Made by a program: the position numbers and the translations under genes
Shown: positions 1 through 13,054 of the stretch, in pieces
How positions within the stretch are numbered: position 1 is the first letter of the stretch
How the letters are laid out: each line of letters begins with the position of its first letter
Assembly: GCF_963676685.1 (NCBI RefSeq)
Contig: NC_092347.1
Span: 11,532,001-11,596,000, forward strand
Length of the DNA: 64,000 nt
Origin: Mytilus edulis
Lineage: Eukaryota
Direction of reading: 5' to 3'
Notes under the pieces: model-generated
What the model saw: only the letters and a program-made list of their open reading frames with translations
What the model was told of the DNA's origin: nothing
Databases searched by the model: none

Positions 1-186
1 TATGTTTGAGATCAAACAACTTCTGAGCTAACTTAAACTTCTGAGCTGATTAAATTTTACAGTTTATTTGTAAAATCACTGAAATTTCAGGAGCTATGTA
101 TAATCACTGAATTCTGAACTTATACCTTATTTATAAAATCACTGATTTTAATTTTGACCAGGGATTTTACAAATTTACTGAAATAT

Positions 187-424
187 GAGGGGGAGGACAG
201 GGGTAAGGGAGACAGGGAGAAAGGGGGTAGGAGAAAGGAGAAAGGGGGTAGGAGAAAGGAGAGGAAGGCTGGGAGAAAGGAGAAAAAGTTGGAGAAAGGA
301 GATTTTTTTAAAATTTATCTCAAAAGGAGATGTTTTATTCTAATGGGAGAAAGGAGAACGGGGGTAGGAGAAAGGAGAAGAGGGATGGGAGAAGGGAGAA
401 GGGTACCCCCCTGTCCTCCCCCTC
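187..424. mobile_element. Small TIR element (MITE-like) with internal GGAGAAAG purine-rich tandem repeats
   Basis: GAGGGGGAGGACAGGGGTA (187-205) is inverted relative to TACCCCCCTGTCCTCCCCCTC (404-424); identical 6-bp AAATAT on both flanks (181-186, 425-430). Confidence 0.75.
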
Positions 425-1673
425 AAATATATTACTTTTTTACAGTTCAAAAATATTTATATGTGGTGCAATTACCAATGAGACAACTTTCTACCAGGGA
501 CCAAATAATGAAGAACTAGCAACTAAACATTTATTTTGTTTAATTTGTCAGTTATTAACCAGAATAATTCAGTCGTTATATTCCGCTGATCTACGATTAC
601 TACATTAAAGCCTGAATGCATAGACAATGAAAAATCTTCAATCAACCATTTAGAATTAGTTTGGGATTTACCTATCTCGATAAAATTGAGCTGATTGCTG
701 ATTAGTCACCTCTTCTACAGGGCACCAATCAAAATCCAGGATTCGTGAACAGTTTTTATCGTGTTAGGAATTCAGGCCCTCGCAAATAGGAGATTGATTA
801 CGGGGAGGGACTGAATTATTCGGGTTAGCCAGTTATAGATTATTTTTTTAAAAGAATTATTGACTTAGAGAATTTAGAAATGATTATGTCATGAAAGATT
901 TTTAATATCTTAACTTTTTCCGTTGACATTTTGGGTAATATTGACTAACTTATCTTGTTAATTTCATATTAATTGTCATATTTTATAGTTTCCTGTTTTC
1001 ATAGATTTTATGATAATTTGTGGCTAAAATAATTATTTCTTGACATTATATTATGTTGGTAATCTAATACAATAAGAATTGTTAGGTTTCAATTTATAAA
1101 TTTACATTGACAAATTTTTCCAGCTTCCTGCTCTCAGAGATTTCATGATAAAGATGATAAAAATCTATTTTTTACCTCAAATTACTAGCTTATGGACTTA
1201 TTTCTGTTTCCTTATTCCTTCATGATTGTGATGTTCCAAAAAGATAAACATTGTGATACAAAATGTTGCTCCATTCATGACATAATGTTTAAAATTTCCT
1301 AGTTTTCATTCATTGAATTTAATTTAAAAAGATGATTTTAACCCCAAATCATCAGTTTCCAGTACTATTATACTATTATCTTGATAGACTTTTTGACAAC
1401 TATGATGAAATACTAGAACAAAACATTCAAGAAGTTTCTGTTGCATTTTTATTGATGTATGAGGTTAACAGGCAATGTTTTGTAAGAAAACAAATTTAAA
1501 AGGACACAGAAACTAGTTTTCTAATAGAAAAAAAAACAAGTGAAACTGAAAACTTAAAAAAGATTCAAGTAAAGTATTTTTTGCATAGATTGACTGGGTT
1601 AACAATTAAAAGATTAACTTTGTATATCTATTGTATATAAAATATTTTATAGTTAAGCAGTGGTGGATCCAGA

Positions 1674-2156
1674 AAATTCATATCGGGTGAGGCGAATATG
1701 AATTTTATTTACCCGATAAATTTAGTATTAGGATAATTGAACACTGTGTAACAAATTTATCCTGATTTTGTTATGTTACATATTATTATATTCAAATTAA
1801 TAAACACAATTATTCTGATTTAGAGTAAGTTCTTGCAATTTAATGGCTGATATTGTCCTAATAAATTTCAGTACAAATTTTTATCAAGTCAATTGGAATT
1901 ATCTCCCTTATACCATTGACCTAATAAAAATAATAAAATTTTAGTTGCTTTATAGTCCTAATATTTAAAATTTTTCTCAGTTTTAGATTAAATATCTTTA
2001 TCATGTTTGGTTGATATTGTCCTAAAATTGAATTTGAATATAATAATACGTAATATAACAAAATCAGGATAAATTCGTTACACAGTGTTCAATTGTCCTA
2101 ATACTAAATTTATCGGGTAAATAAAATTCATATTCGCCTCACCCGATATGAATTTT
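1674..2156. repeat. Long inverted repeat / foldback element
   Basis: ~125-bp arms, 1674-1798 (AAAATTCATATCGGGTGAGGCGAATATG...) and 2031-2156 (...CATATTCGCCTCACCCGATATGAATTTT), are near-perfect reverse complements. Confidence 0.85.
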
Positions 2157-2474
2157 GTTGACCGATAAGTTGTCGTATTAGGGCAATTGCACACTGTATG
2201 ACAAATAATATTAATATAATAATCTATTTTAAAAAGTTCCAAGTAATTTGGTCTGTTCTAAGAAATATAAAACTTTGTCAGTCATTAAAGTTTGAAGTTT
2301 TTTCCTTATTATTGTATAAAACCATCGTAATTATCTACAACACGATCAGGATGTCCCTAGTTATATACCAGGAAGAAGAATACATAATAAAACCTGACTG
2401 TGAGAGGGATGTTTTACCAGTCATAGTTGTTAAAAACTTCCATCATCATTGTTAAACAAACTAGATCTATCAAA

Positions 2475-4160
2475 ATGGCGTCCTCTCAATCATTTAGAAA
2501 ATGTCAAGTACCAGTAAAATGTAACTTGTGTGAAAATGAAACAATAAAATGGAAATGTGAAGACTGTGGATTATTATTGTGTACAAACTGTAAGGATAGA
2601 AAACATTCAAAAATTATAAACTCTCAAAATCATAAGATAATTGACATTAAGCAAATAGGTGTACATTCTGAGGACGTGGAGTTTTTGAACATCAAATGCA
2701 CAGATCACTTTGGACAATTGTACTGTCGCTTCTGTACAAACTGTGACAGTCTAGTTTGTCCAATATGCATTTCTAAAATTCACAAAGGACATGATTTAAT
2801 TGAAATCAGTGAGGGATTCAATATGAAAATAGAGAAGCTAGAGGGAGGACAAAGTAAAATTCAAACCAACATAGCTAAGCTGGCAACAAAGAAAGAACTT
2901 TTAGAACAATGTAAGTCTGGAGAAAATGAAAAGTACACCGAGGTTATACAAAACATTGAAAATCATGGGAATGCTTTAAAACAAGTAGTTGACAAACACA
3001 TAGATGCGATAAAACATGAAGTAAGTGAATATCAAAAAACAACAATGCATTCAATTGACACTGATCTTGATGTCATTTTAAAATCTATGAAACAGGTAGA
3101 GGACAAGAACAATGAAATAGAAAATTTTATTAAGGCAACAGATATTGCTAAGTTCTTTCAGGAAGTTGTCCAACTTGAGAATTCACTATATATACCCATA
3201 CCAAGAACCAAATCATCATACAATTCCATTCCAAAATTTGTTCCAGGGGAGATCACTCAGTCTAATGTTGGAATCCTACAAAATGAAGTCGGTCAAGTTA
3301 CATTAGGTGTTGCACTCCAAATTATTTCAGAATATCAGACTGAACTTTCTGTTGTAACAGATATCATTCCATGTTCTGACAGGGCAATTTGGATGAATTG
3401 TGATACAGATGAAAAGTTAGTGAAAGTAAAATCTGAAGGAAATAATCTAAACATAGTATCTTCTTTCAACATCAATATCTATGGTATGGGGATACTTCCA
3501 TCTAATGAAATTCTGCTGTGTATAGAAGGAGAATCAACTCTAAAACAACTCAATAGTATCACTGGTGAATTGACAGACACTATGTATAATGTGAACCCTT
3601 TTGTTTGTACTGCCGTCCACATTACCAGTGGTAATAAAGTAGTGGTAGGAGGCAATGATGATGAACTAGGTAGTAGAGCCGTGTTTGTGATGAATGAGAA
3701 TGGAGACCACGAGACAGTGTATGAACATGATCAACAGGACCAACCTATCTTTACCTATCCACAGAGTATTGCCAGTAGCAATAATGGGAACATACATGTG
3801 GCAGATAGTGAAGTGGACAGTGAACGAGGAAGAGTTGTGGTGTTAGGACAAGGAGGTGATATAATCAATATATATACAGGGCATACAAATATCAACAGGG
3901 ATATACCATTCACACCAGTTAGAATAGTGACAACACCCAGAGACAATGTTATTGTAGTGGATGTAAGCACAGAGGTGTTTCATATTTTAAATTCTACAGG
4001 GAAACTTTTATTTCATTATGATACCAAGGTTATGAAAAGAATCCATCCATACTGCCTTGCCTTTACACCAACAGGGCAAATCTATATAGGATGTTCAAAA
4101 CCCTTTAGTGGTAAAGAAAAGGAATCAAGGCTTTATCAAGTGACATTATCAGGCTGTTAA
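2475..4160 (+). CDS. RING-less TRIM-like protein (B-box1, B-box2, coiled coil, NHL-like beta-propeller), single coding exon
   Basis: First ATG at 2475 (MASSQ). CNLC..C EDC..LCTNC..H..H is B-box1 and CTDH..FCTNCDSLVCPIC..HKGH is B-box2, followed by a heptad region and YPQSIAS/GNIHVAD-type NHL repeats. Typical of the expanded bivalve TRIM2/3/71-like family. Confidence 0.88.
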   Translation: MASSQSFRKCQVPVKCNLCENETIKWKCEDCGLLLCTNCKDRKHSKIINSQNHKIIDIKQIGVHSEDVEFLNIKCTDHFGQLYCRFCTNCDSLVCPICISKIHKGHDLIEISEGFNMKIEKLEGGQSKIQTNIAKLATKKELLEQCKSGENEKYTEVIQNIENHGNALKQVVDKHIDAIKHEVSEYQKTTMHSIDTDLDVILKSMKQVEDKNNEIENFIKATDIAKFFQEVVQLENSLYIPIPRTKSSYNSIPKFVPGEITQSNVGILQNEVGQVTLGVALQIISEYQTELSVVTDIIPCSDRAIWMNCDTDEKLVKVKSEGNNLNIVSSFNINIYGMGILPSNEILLCIEGESTLKQLNSITGELTDTMYNVNPFVCTAVHITSGNKVVVGGNDDELGSRAVFVMNENGDHETVYEHDQQDQPIFTYPQSIASSNNGNIHVADSEVDSERGRVVVLGQGGDIINIYTGHTNINRDIPFTPVRIVTTPRDNVIVVDVSTEVFHILNSTGKLLFHYDTKVMKRIHPYCLAFTPTGQIYIGCSKPFSGKEKESRLYQVTLSGC

Positions 4161-5426
4161 CATTAAAAAATATAATGAATAACTAACCTGTATTTGAGTT
4201 TAATACATCCAATTTATTATAACAGTTTTTATGCACAAGACAGTTTCTATAGTTTCATATGTTCTACTAAAGAGACTTGTTTAAAAAATCTGAAATACAC
4301 ATTTGGAGAAAAAGAAAAAAAAGTTACACAGTTTGAATTGGTTTATAAAAAAAACACACAAATAAGTCACAAATAAGTCCTGACGAAAAGTAAACTATCT
4401 CCTAGTTAAAGCAATTATCTTTCAAGTGGTCATGTCCTTTATTATAACAAAATCTACTTAAAGATGTCTATAAAATTATATCATGTAATGGAGATATATA
4501 TCTTTTGTATAAGAACAGTCAATGTACATATTTTGGTCTACATGTGTGTTCACTTTACCTGGACCTCCTTTGATGGGTAAGTGATGATGGTTCAGTTTCC
4601 TAGATGAGGTCTATTTCTCAGATACTATAAGCAATTGGTCAATAAAATAGTGTAGTGATATTCATCTTACCATGTTAAATTTTATTTTAGTTGGGTCCTT
4701 TTTTCAGATACTTTCTACAGTAGGCTTGTCTGACAGGTTTTATCTCCTTTTGTCTGACAGGTTTTATCTTGCCTTGATCCCCAATTTCATGATTCATTGG
4801 TCCAGGTTCAGTTTTCATAGTTTGGTCTGTGTCTAAGCTTAAAAAAGCAATGGGTTCAACTATATTTGGTGTGTAGCATGCTAGTCCGAGATAACTCCGT
4901 TGGACATCAGAGTAATCTCTGACTAATGGCATGCTTGATGGATGAATGGATGGCTGTAACTGTCCAGCAGCGAATTAAATACATATTCATGACAAGAACA
5001 GGTTAATATACACCCTGCTTTATACTAGACTTGATATGCCAAGCTACAACCAGCACATACCAATTTTAACTGAGTTTTACTAATTACAACAACTGGAGGC
5101 TAGCAATCTACTACTGGACTACTGAGGGGGCTATATGGATGTAGTACATGTCATTAGAAGATCAAACCTTGCCCTAATGTTCATGGTTGATTAATCAATG
5201 TTAAAGACTTCATGGTTTATTGTATTAAAACTTGATTTAAAGGCAACAAACATGATTTAATCATGATTAGTAAAGCTGACCAGACAACTCTGTGTGCACT
5301 CCTGTGTATAATGCAATAACATAACATAAGACAATTAACAATATTTATATATTGCAAAAGCCAAAATCCATAACTATCATTTTCATTCCTTAAACTTACT
5401 AAGTTATTGTTTTTTGTCGAGGCTGC

Positions 5427-6478
5427 AACTTTTGTTGCAGAAAGCTCGACATAGGGATAGTGATCCGGCGGCGGCGGCGTTAGCTAACTTCTTAAAAGCT
5501 TTATATTTTAGAAGGTGGAAGACCTGGATGCTTCATACTTTGTATATAGATGCCTCATGTTACGAAGTTTCCGTCAGTCACATGTCCAATGTCCTTGACC
5601 TCATTTTCATGGTTCAGTGACCACTTGAAAATGTTGAATTCTCTCTTATTATAAGTAATAGGATAACTATATTTGATATGTGCGTACCTTGCAAGGTCCT
5701 CATGTCTGTCAGACAGTTTTCACTTGACCTCGACCTCATTTCATGGATCAGTGAACAAGGTTAAGTTTTGGTGGTCAAGTCCATATCTCAGATACTATAA
5801 GCAATAGGGCTAGTATATTCAGTGTATTGAAGGACTGTAAGGTGTACATGTCCAACTGGCAGGTGTCATGTGACCTTGACCTCATTTTCATGGTTCAGTG
5901 GTTATAGTTAAATTTTTGTGTTTTGGTCTGTTGTTCTCATACTATATGCAATAGGTCTACTATATTTGTTGTATGGAATGATTGTAAGGTGTACATGTCT
6001 AGCGGGCAGATGTCATGTGACCTTGACCTCATTTTCATGGTTCAGTGGTCAAAGTTAAGTTTTTGAGTTTTGGTCTTTTTATCTAATACTATATGCCATA
6101 GGTCAACTATATTTGGTGTATGGAAATATTTTATGATATTTATGTCAGTCGCGCAGGTTTTATTTGACCGTGACCTCACTTTCACGGTTCATTGCACAGT
6201 GTTAAGTTTTTGTGTTTTGGTCTATTTTTCTTAAACTACAAGTAATAGGTCAACTATATATGTTGTATAGAAGCATTGTTAGCTGTACATGTCTGCCTGG
6301 CATGGTTCATCTGACCTTGACCTCATTTTCAAGGTTCATTGGTCTTTGTTTAGTTATTTTGGTTAATGTTAGGTTTATGGTACAGTTGTTATAAAGCTTA
6401 GCTTTTTACTTAGGACTATCAACATAATATCAATGATTAGTATAGAAGGCGAGACATTTCAGCGTGTGCACTCTTGTT
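5427..6478 (+). mobile_element. Helentron/HINE-type non-autonomous element with internal ~145-bp tandem repeats
   Basis: Starts after a T-run with GTCGAG...CTCGAC and (GGC)n. About six GACCTTGACCTCATTTTCATGGTTCAGTG-containing units (~5594, 5725, 5871, 6019, 6166, 6313); short 3' stem ending CTCTTGTT. Degenerate relatives at ~4500-4900. Confidence 0.7.
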
Positions 6479-6690
6479 ATAACTTTAGTTCCATGATTTT
6501 GTCTTGATAGGAAAAGGGGAGGTTTGTGAGCATGTAAAACTGGTTTACACATTATATCAACCACAATCTGTACTAAAAGTAATATTAAGATGATCTGGAC
6601 AATGAGTTGAAGGTTGTTCATTAAAATAAGAAAATGAGGTATGATTGCAATGTCAGAGACACTTTCACACCGACATCAAATGATTTAAAA

Positions 6691-6846
6691 CAGTGGCAGA
6701 TCCAGAAATTTTCATAAGTAGGGGCCCACTGACTGACCTAAGAGGGGGTCCACTCCAGTCACGCTTCAGTGATTCCCTATATAAGCAACCAATTATTTTC
6801 CCAAAAAGGGGGGGCCCTGCCCCCCCCCCCCCTAAATCCCCCTCTG
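6691..6846. mobile_element. CAGTGGC(G/A)GATCCAG-type MITE, nested in an older repeat
   Basis: CAGTGGCAGATCCAG ... CTAAATCCCCCTCTG termini with TAAAA on both sides. It splits a copy of the repeat tail also seen at 35280, 50500 and 62455. Related copy at ~7757-7908 and a fragment at 1658-1682. Confidence 0.7.
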
Positions 6847-9800
6847 TAAAAGGTAATCAACTAGTATAGGTCACTGTACAGCCTTTGACAATGATCAAAT
6901 CCTATCCCGCTCAACAAGTTATAAAAGGACCTAAAGAAAAATTTAACACAATTCATGCAAATGTTTGTATGTCTATTTTTCAGAGAAGTTGGTTGTTGCT
7001 ATTGTTCTTTAATATTGAAGATTAATGTATTCAATATAAACCAAATATATTTGACCTGTCATGCAGAAGGAAATATCTTAACAGGAGTATTGGATCATGG
7101 TCAGGAGAAATCACTGGCTGTCTATCATTAATATTGCCTACTCTTTAAAAGACTGAGATGACTTAACATTAAAAGTAGACAAAGCTAGAAAACAAACTAA
7201 AAACAGAATACCACCGTTCAACTCTTCCACATACTAATGTGCCTGTCACAAGTTAAGAACCTTGACAATGGTTGTCATAGCTGAGTGTTCCCTGGAATTA
7301 GTTGTTGATTTCACTATTGTACGCCCCTAAAACATCTATGATAAGAGGCCTTATAATTCACTTATTAATTTCAAATATTGACTTGAATGCTGTGAAGTCA
7401 GTATGATATCATTATCATGATTATTGTGTAAATGAGTTATATAAAGATTACAAACAAACACATAGTAGATAAAAAACTTGTATTTATAGACACTTATTCA
7501 ATAAATTACAATTTCACAGATTAACAGAATATCATACAATTTACAATCACAATAAAAACATTTTAAGCTTTGAGCTCTTAATTAACAATGATACACTAAA
7601 TAAAAGCATGCTTAGCAGCGGCAAATATTTCAGGTCAATCCAGGACAAAACAATAAAATGATGACTATGAAATTAATAACTTATTCATTTACCATGTTTA
7701 CATTCCATTCTATAACTCAACTGAAAAATGAAGCAATTAACTTTTATTTCGGACAAACAGCGGATCCAGAAATTTTTATAAGTCGGTGCCCAGTGACTGC
7801 CTTAGAGGGGGTCATGCTTCAGTGATTCCCTATGTAATCAACCATTTGTTTTTCCAAGAAAAGGAGGGTTGGGGGGGGGGCCTGGGCCCCTCTATAAATC
7901 CAAGTCTGGTTGGTAGACAAGTATATTCATCAGTTTCATGTACAATATGCATGCATTACTTTTTGCAACTAATATATTTTCAAATGATATATTTAGTGTG
8001 ACAAGTACTAACCTGTATTATTGCATACATGTACAATGATATACAAACAAATTGGTTAAGAAATTAATATTTAAAAAGTATACAATATCAATAAATTGCA
8101 TGACATTGGCATGGCTATGATCTAAAGAAGGGACCCTTCACTACAATCTGGTGTTTACCAACAAAGATACAGAGGAGGCCTAGGACTGAAATATGGCTAC
8201 ATACATACAATGAAACATGGATAACAACATCAAGCCAATAACAATAGGGTTTTGATCATGATTGCACTGTTGAAATCTCAACAATCATCTTAGTAAACAA
8301 ATAATTAACTGACATTACATTAATGTTCAGGCAAATAAGGAAGACAACATATAGTAAAATGACTCATTACAAATGTTACATGAATTTCACTTAACTCTGT
8401 AAAGTATCACTTGTCAAAATACTCCTTAAAACTATAAGGAGATGAAATGATTTATGTAGATACAGATAATTTTATCAACAATTCAGGTGCCTTTTGAAGG
8501 TCAACTTAATTACAATGTAATTATTCATAACACAATAAACAAACTTTACAATAAACTAAGAGAATAATTGTAATTTGGTTCATTAGAAAAAATTGTACTG
8601 ATTGTTACTTTTTTGTATATAAACTTTTTAACTTTATCACTAAACAAAATATATGTCAACATTTATAATGTATTTTTTTATTAAAAGTATCTAGATTTGG
8701 ACAAAGAGAGACAACTCCATCATTCTTACATGTAAATTTCATAATGAACCCTGATTTGTATATGTACCAATCTGTTTCTATAATAAAAAAAAAAATTGGA
8801 CACAGGAAGAAATCCAATATTTTCTAATAACTTACTGACAAACAGTTAATATAATTTGCTTCATTAATTTGAAATTCATGATCCAAAGATATAAAATTGA
8901 AATAAAACAAAACAGCAGAAAATATAAATCCCTTTAAGGCTTTAGTGCAAAATACCTGTAAAGTAAAAAAAAAAAGAAGATACTCTTATAAGAACATATG
9001 CAATCATAATAATGTATTTCTCAGAGAATTTTGATGAATTGTTACTAATCTGCTTATGCATGATAAATACATGTGTTTCTCCTATCCAAGTTTGTAATGT
9101 CTAACCTAAAGATTTTTAAGTCATTCTTTTACAAACAGTTCTTCAATCAGAGAGTTTCCCCTGTTGAAACCAGTTGACAACTTCATGAAAAAGGAAAAGA
9201 AAATATTTGCCTAGTACCAACATTATGCCAACTCTACCAGTAATTGTGTTTAGCTACGATGTATAGTGGAAACACATATCATTTTTTAGGTCTAATTTTC
9301 ATAGTTTCATTTAATTTTTTTATTTTTTATTTCCACACCAAATAAGGTACTGATACACTAAAAAAAAGTACACAGTGAATTATGACTTCACACAGATCTC
9401 CAAATAAACTTTAATGGAACAAACAGGGTTTTTTTTAAATTGCAATATGTAAACTGTATTTTATTCAGTTTATGTAACACAAAGGGACATGTCTTATCGT
9501 GCTTCTGGAAGATCAGATCCTTGTTTAAATTCTCTATCTTAACATGCTTAATAAAAGAGAACTATTGTTGTAAAAGCATGAAAACAGTAGATGATAAACA
9601 ATGTTAGTGATATACATGTACATGTTTATTCTTACAGCCCATTCCATTGAGTTTGTAGGTATAGGTAATATCATGAAGTCATTTTAAGATTAGGTACTAA
9701 ACTACCCTTCTTTAACATGTTGAAGAGTAGACTAGTCTGACAGATAACCAATATACAAACATTGTATATCTGTATGTAGGACTATGCCACATTGTACTTC

Positions 9801-10820
9801 GAAAGGAGAGTAGTATACCTTACCTAATAATGATTTCACAGTTCAGCTAGCAAGCAAGCTAACCAAAGAATAGACATTACCTTTACATAGACACGCCATG
9901 CAATCGGCCATAACAGTACTAGTCAAATAAATAGTTTGAATTCAAATAATTGGTAAATGGAAAATAAAGTTGATCTCTCTCAAAACATTTTTTTTGTAAA
10001 TAATCATGATGAGTGACAGATGACAAACATAACAAAACAAACAATGGTTGTAAACTAAACATTACATTTGTGTATGGCACATACTTTTTTATAAATATAC
10101 CATGTACAAAAATGTTATCATGTACACAATTACTAGTACATTTAGTACAATCTATATAAAAGCTAATTAATTTGGAAAGAAAATTTACAATTTAAAATTG
10201 GTTCTACAAAAAATATGGAAACTATGCTCAATGTATATATGCAATAATCAGTAAAAAACTTTTTTGATAAACAATGTACCGGGTAGTTTAATTTACAGAA
10301 CATTATTCTGGTTTTTAAATTAAATCAAAATCAAAATCAAATACGTACAAATGTATACAGAGTTCACACTTACAATTATAAAATAATGCATACATAATTA
10401 ATAAAGTGAGATACATGTACAAATGTAATACCAAATCTAAGTTGAAAAAGGTAAAAAATCAAAGCACAGCTGCAAAAACACAGGGTTTATAAACTTCCCC
10501 TCCCCCATTTGCAAAAGCATGGTTATACATGTACAAATGATGTACATGTAAGTTCAATGAAAGAATTTTTTTTCATTTGTAATAATACAAATCTTTTTTA
10601 CAACTGAACTTGAATCTTACATTTGTCTTATGTACATGTAATTAATTATTTTAATCAGTTCCAATTTATAAAATTTAGAGGTTGAATTGTCTGATCCATT
10701 ATTTAATAATTTGACAATGTTTTCTTTTTTAAATGTTTGGTTTTAAATATATCAGGTACATTTAGTCATTTAGTATATACATTCCTCGGATAAATTTGGT
10801 TAAAATCTTGATAGTTTTAA

Positions 10821-12713
10821 TTAATGCATAGCTATAAATTCTTCCAAAAAATCTGGCACTAAATCCTTGAACGGAACCATATTTTTCTGAATACACCTTG
10901 CAGCAATGCACTTGAGAGAAATTTCACTGTTGTTCCTCATTATTGAACATGCCACATCAGATTTTGAGCATTCTAATGGTGTTTTCTTCTCAAGATTACA
11001 CATATCTGTATGAGCACCATTCTTTATTAGACTAAGCATACACTGGCTTAGTGTATCAGGATCATTGTGTCGGACAATTATATGCAATGGAGTGTTTTTC
11101 TGACAGTCAATGACATTTGGACAAGCTCCACATTGCATAAAAAGTTCAGTCAACAGTCCATTAGGAAAAGATACTACTTCTTCAACATGAAAGTCATCCA
11201 CCATGGTTGCGGAATCTACTGCCATATGAAGTGGAGTATAGTTGTTTTCTAATAGAGGATTAAGTTTGACAAATTTGTAAGTCAAGGCCTTGAGTTTTTC
11301 TAATTCTTCTTCTGAATGATCACAGTGAAGAGCAATAACTAAAAGATATAAAGATGTGTGAATATTAATTTGAAACAATTCTTTTGCTGTTACATTTTCC
11401 ACATCTAATACTAACTTCTCTGAATCAAAAACAAGTTCATCTACAGCCTTTTCAAAAACCTGAGCCACAACTGCTATTGCTAATTTTTCTCCAACATGAA
11501 TCATTTGAGAGAACACTTGAGCAAATCTCAATAAATCTTTCGAAACAGAACTCTTATTCTTCTGACGCAGTTTCAATGCATGAAACCACAACTCAATACA
11601 TCGACTAAACCTAGCACTATCTGCGTAGACTGCCCCACGATATATCAAAGCACTAGCAACTTCAGGATTGTCTTCACCAAGGATTCTTTCTTTGACAGTT
11701 AGAGCCTGCATGTGAATTGCATTACGATGTCCTTTGATTTTCTGTAAATCTTCTAAAGTTTGACATTCCTTAACATTCTCATATGCAGGGACAGGTGGAC
11801 AATATTCTTTATAAATAATGTTATCTGGATCACTATATCGCACATGCATAGCTTCTTCAAAGTATTGGACAGCTTTGTTTAGGTCATATTCAATTTTGTC
11901 ATTTGCATAAAAAGCTCCTAATAGTTCTAAAGCATCAATTTTGTCTTTTTTAGTGCAACTAGGTAAAGAAACCATATAGTCAACAACCTCAAATTTTCCA
12001 GCCTCGGCAGCAACTAACAATGGAGTCATTTTATGATCATTTTCAATTTGTTTTGCCCTATAGTTTATAAGTTCTTTCACAATACTGACATGGCCACATT
12101 CAGCAGCAAAGTGTAAAGCTGTTGCACCACAATGAGCAACAGTGTTTGGATTACCCTTCTTTTCCAACAAATACTTCACTACCTCAATGTGACCTTTGTA
12201 GGACGCTATCATGAGACAAGTATTACGGTAAGTATTTGGGAGACTGATGTCTGCCTTATGTTCGACTAAGTACTTGACAATCTCTAATCTTCCATCAAAG
12301 CATGCAGCTCGTAAAGGTGTTGAATTCGTTTTAGTTGGGTGATTAACATCGGCACCGTTTTGGATCAGTAATTTAATAATTCCAAAATGACCAGCCCCTG
12401 CAGCGCACCAAAGAGCTGTAGCTTTATCGATAGTGTAATTTTCGAATTTGACAGTGCCTGTTTGTTCTATATCTACATTGAAGTTTGACAATAATATAGA
12501 TACTACTTTTTCGGACCCATTTCTAGCCGCAATAATTAATGGTGTAGTTTTCTGTTCGTTTTCTTCAGTGACGTGATTAAGAACTTCGTGAATAATTGTT
12601 TTGTCTGAATTCCACAGCATGGCGAAAATACTGATAGCCATACCATCTCTTGCACAAGCATACACCTTCGCTTTCAAACTTTTTACTGCTTCTTCTGTTA
12701 TATCCTTTGACAT
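10821..12713 (-). CDS. FEM1B: Protein fem-1 homolog B (CRL2 E3 ligase substrate receptor), single coding exon
   Basis: 630-aa ORF with FEM1B-like motifs TPLIIAARNG, ATALWCAAGAGH, NSTPLRAACFDG, AHCGATALH, IYRGAVYAD, KDLLRFAQVFSQMIH, VDDFH, and a C-terminal VHL-box SLKCIAAR..LEEFIAMH. Confidence 0.97.
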   Translation of the reverse strand: MSKDITEEAVKSLKAKVYACARDGMAISIFAMLWNSDKTIIHEVLNHVTEENEQKTTPLIIAARNGSEKVVSILLSNFNVDIEQTGTVKFENYTIDKATALWCAAGAGHFGIIKLLIQNGADVNHPTKTNSTPLRAACFDGRLEIVKYLVEHKADISLPNTYRNTCLMIASYKGHIEVVKYLLEKKGNPNTVAHCGATALHFAAECGHVSIVKELINYRAKQIENDHKMTPLLVAAEAGKFEVVDYMVSLPSCTKKDKIDALELLGAFYANDKIEYDLNKAVQYFEEAMHVRYSDPDNIIYKEYCPPVPAYENVKECQTLEDLQKIKGHRNAIHMQALTVKERILGEDNPEVASALIYRGAVYADSARFSRCIELWFHALKLRQKNKSSVSKDLLRFAQVFSQMIHVGEKLAIAVVAQVFEKAVDELVFDSEKLVLDVENVTAKELFQINIHTSLYLLVIALHCDHSEEELEKLKALTYKFVKLNPLLENNYTPLHMAVDSATMVDDFHVEEVVSFPNGLLTELFMQCGACPNVIDCQKNTPLHIIVRHNDPDTLSQCMLSLIKNGAHTDMCNLEKKTPLECSKSDVACSIMRNNSEISLKCIAARCIQKNMVPFKDLVPDFLEEFIAMH

Positions 12714-13054
12714 CTTTACCTTTTAATGTCATCGAAATCTTTGTATGTAACTTTACGTGGGAAGGGAGAGAAGCGATCATTGCATTGTGATATTTGGTGG
12801 TGTAGATAAATTATGTCTTTCGTTTTCGGGCATGACTCTAATTCGTAGGCTTCTTACAAGAGTTACAAAGAAGAATGAACGAAGCTGTAATCATTCAACA
12901 TTTATTTAATTTATGATTTCAAGTAATTTCAGAAACATACAGCCGAGCACAAGTCTATCTGGTATTATCTGTGACATATTTGTCTTCATGTTGGCATTGT
13001 TCACCTTGAATCACACAACAGAGAGATGCAAATGGAATATGTGTGTATCCTTTC

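Noticed and set aside
154-608. 121-aa and 92-aa ORFs
   Set aside because: Translations of the purine-rich repeat; low complexity and no domain.
2427-2474. TTG-initiated extension of the TRIM ORF
   Set aside because: Eukaryotic gene; the first ATG is at 2475, with a probable acceptor AG at 2463-64.
6505-7270. Further twister-like remnants (~6510, ~7230; also ~53660)
   Set aside because: Half motifs or too decayed to call.
12577-12780. 67-aa ORF overlapping the FEM1B start
   Set aside because: No homology; it could be an overlapping uORF, but the 5' UTR structure cannot be established from the sequence.
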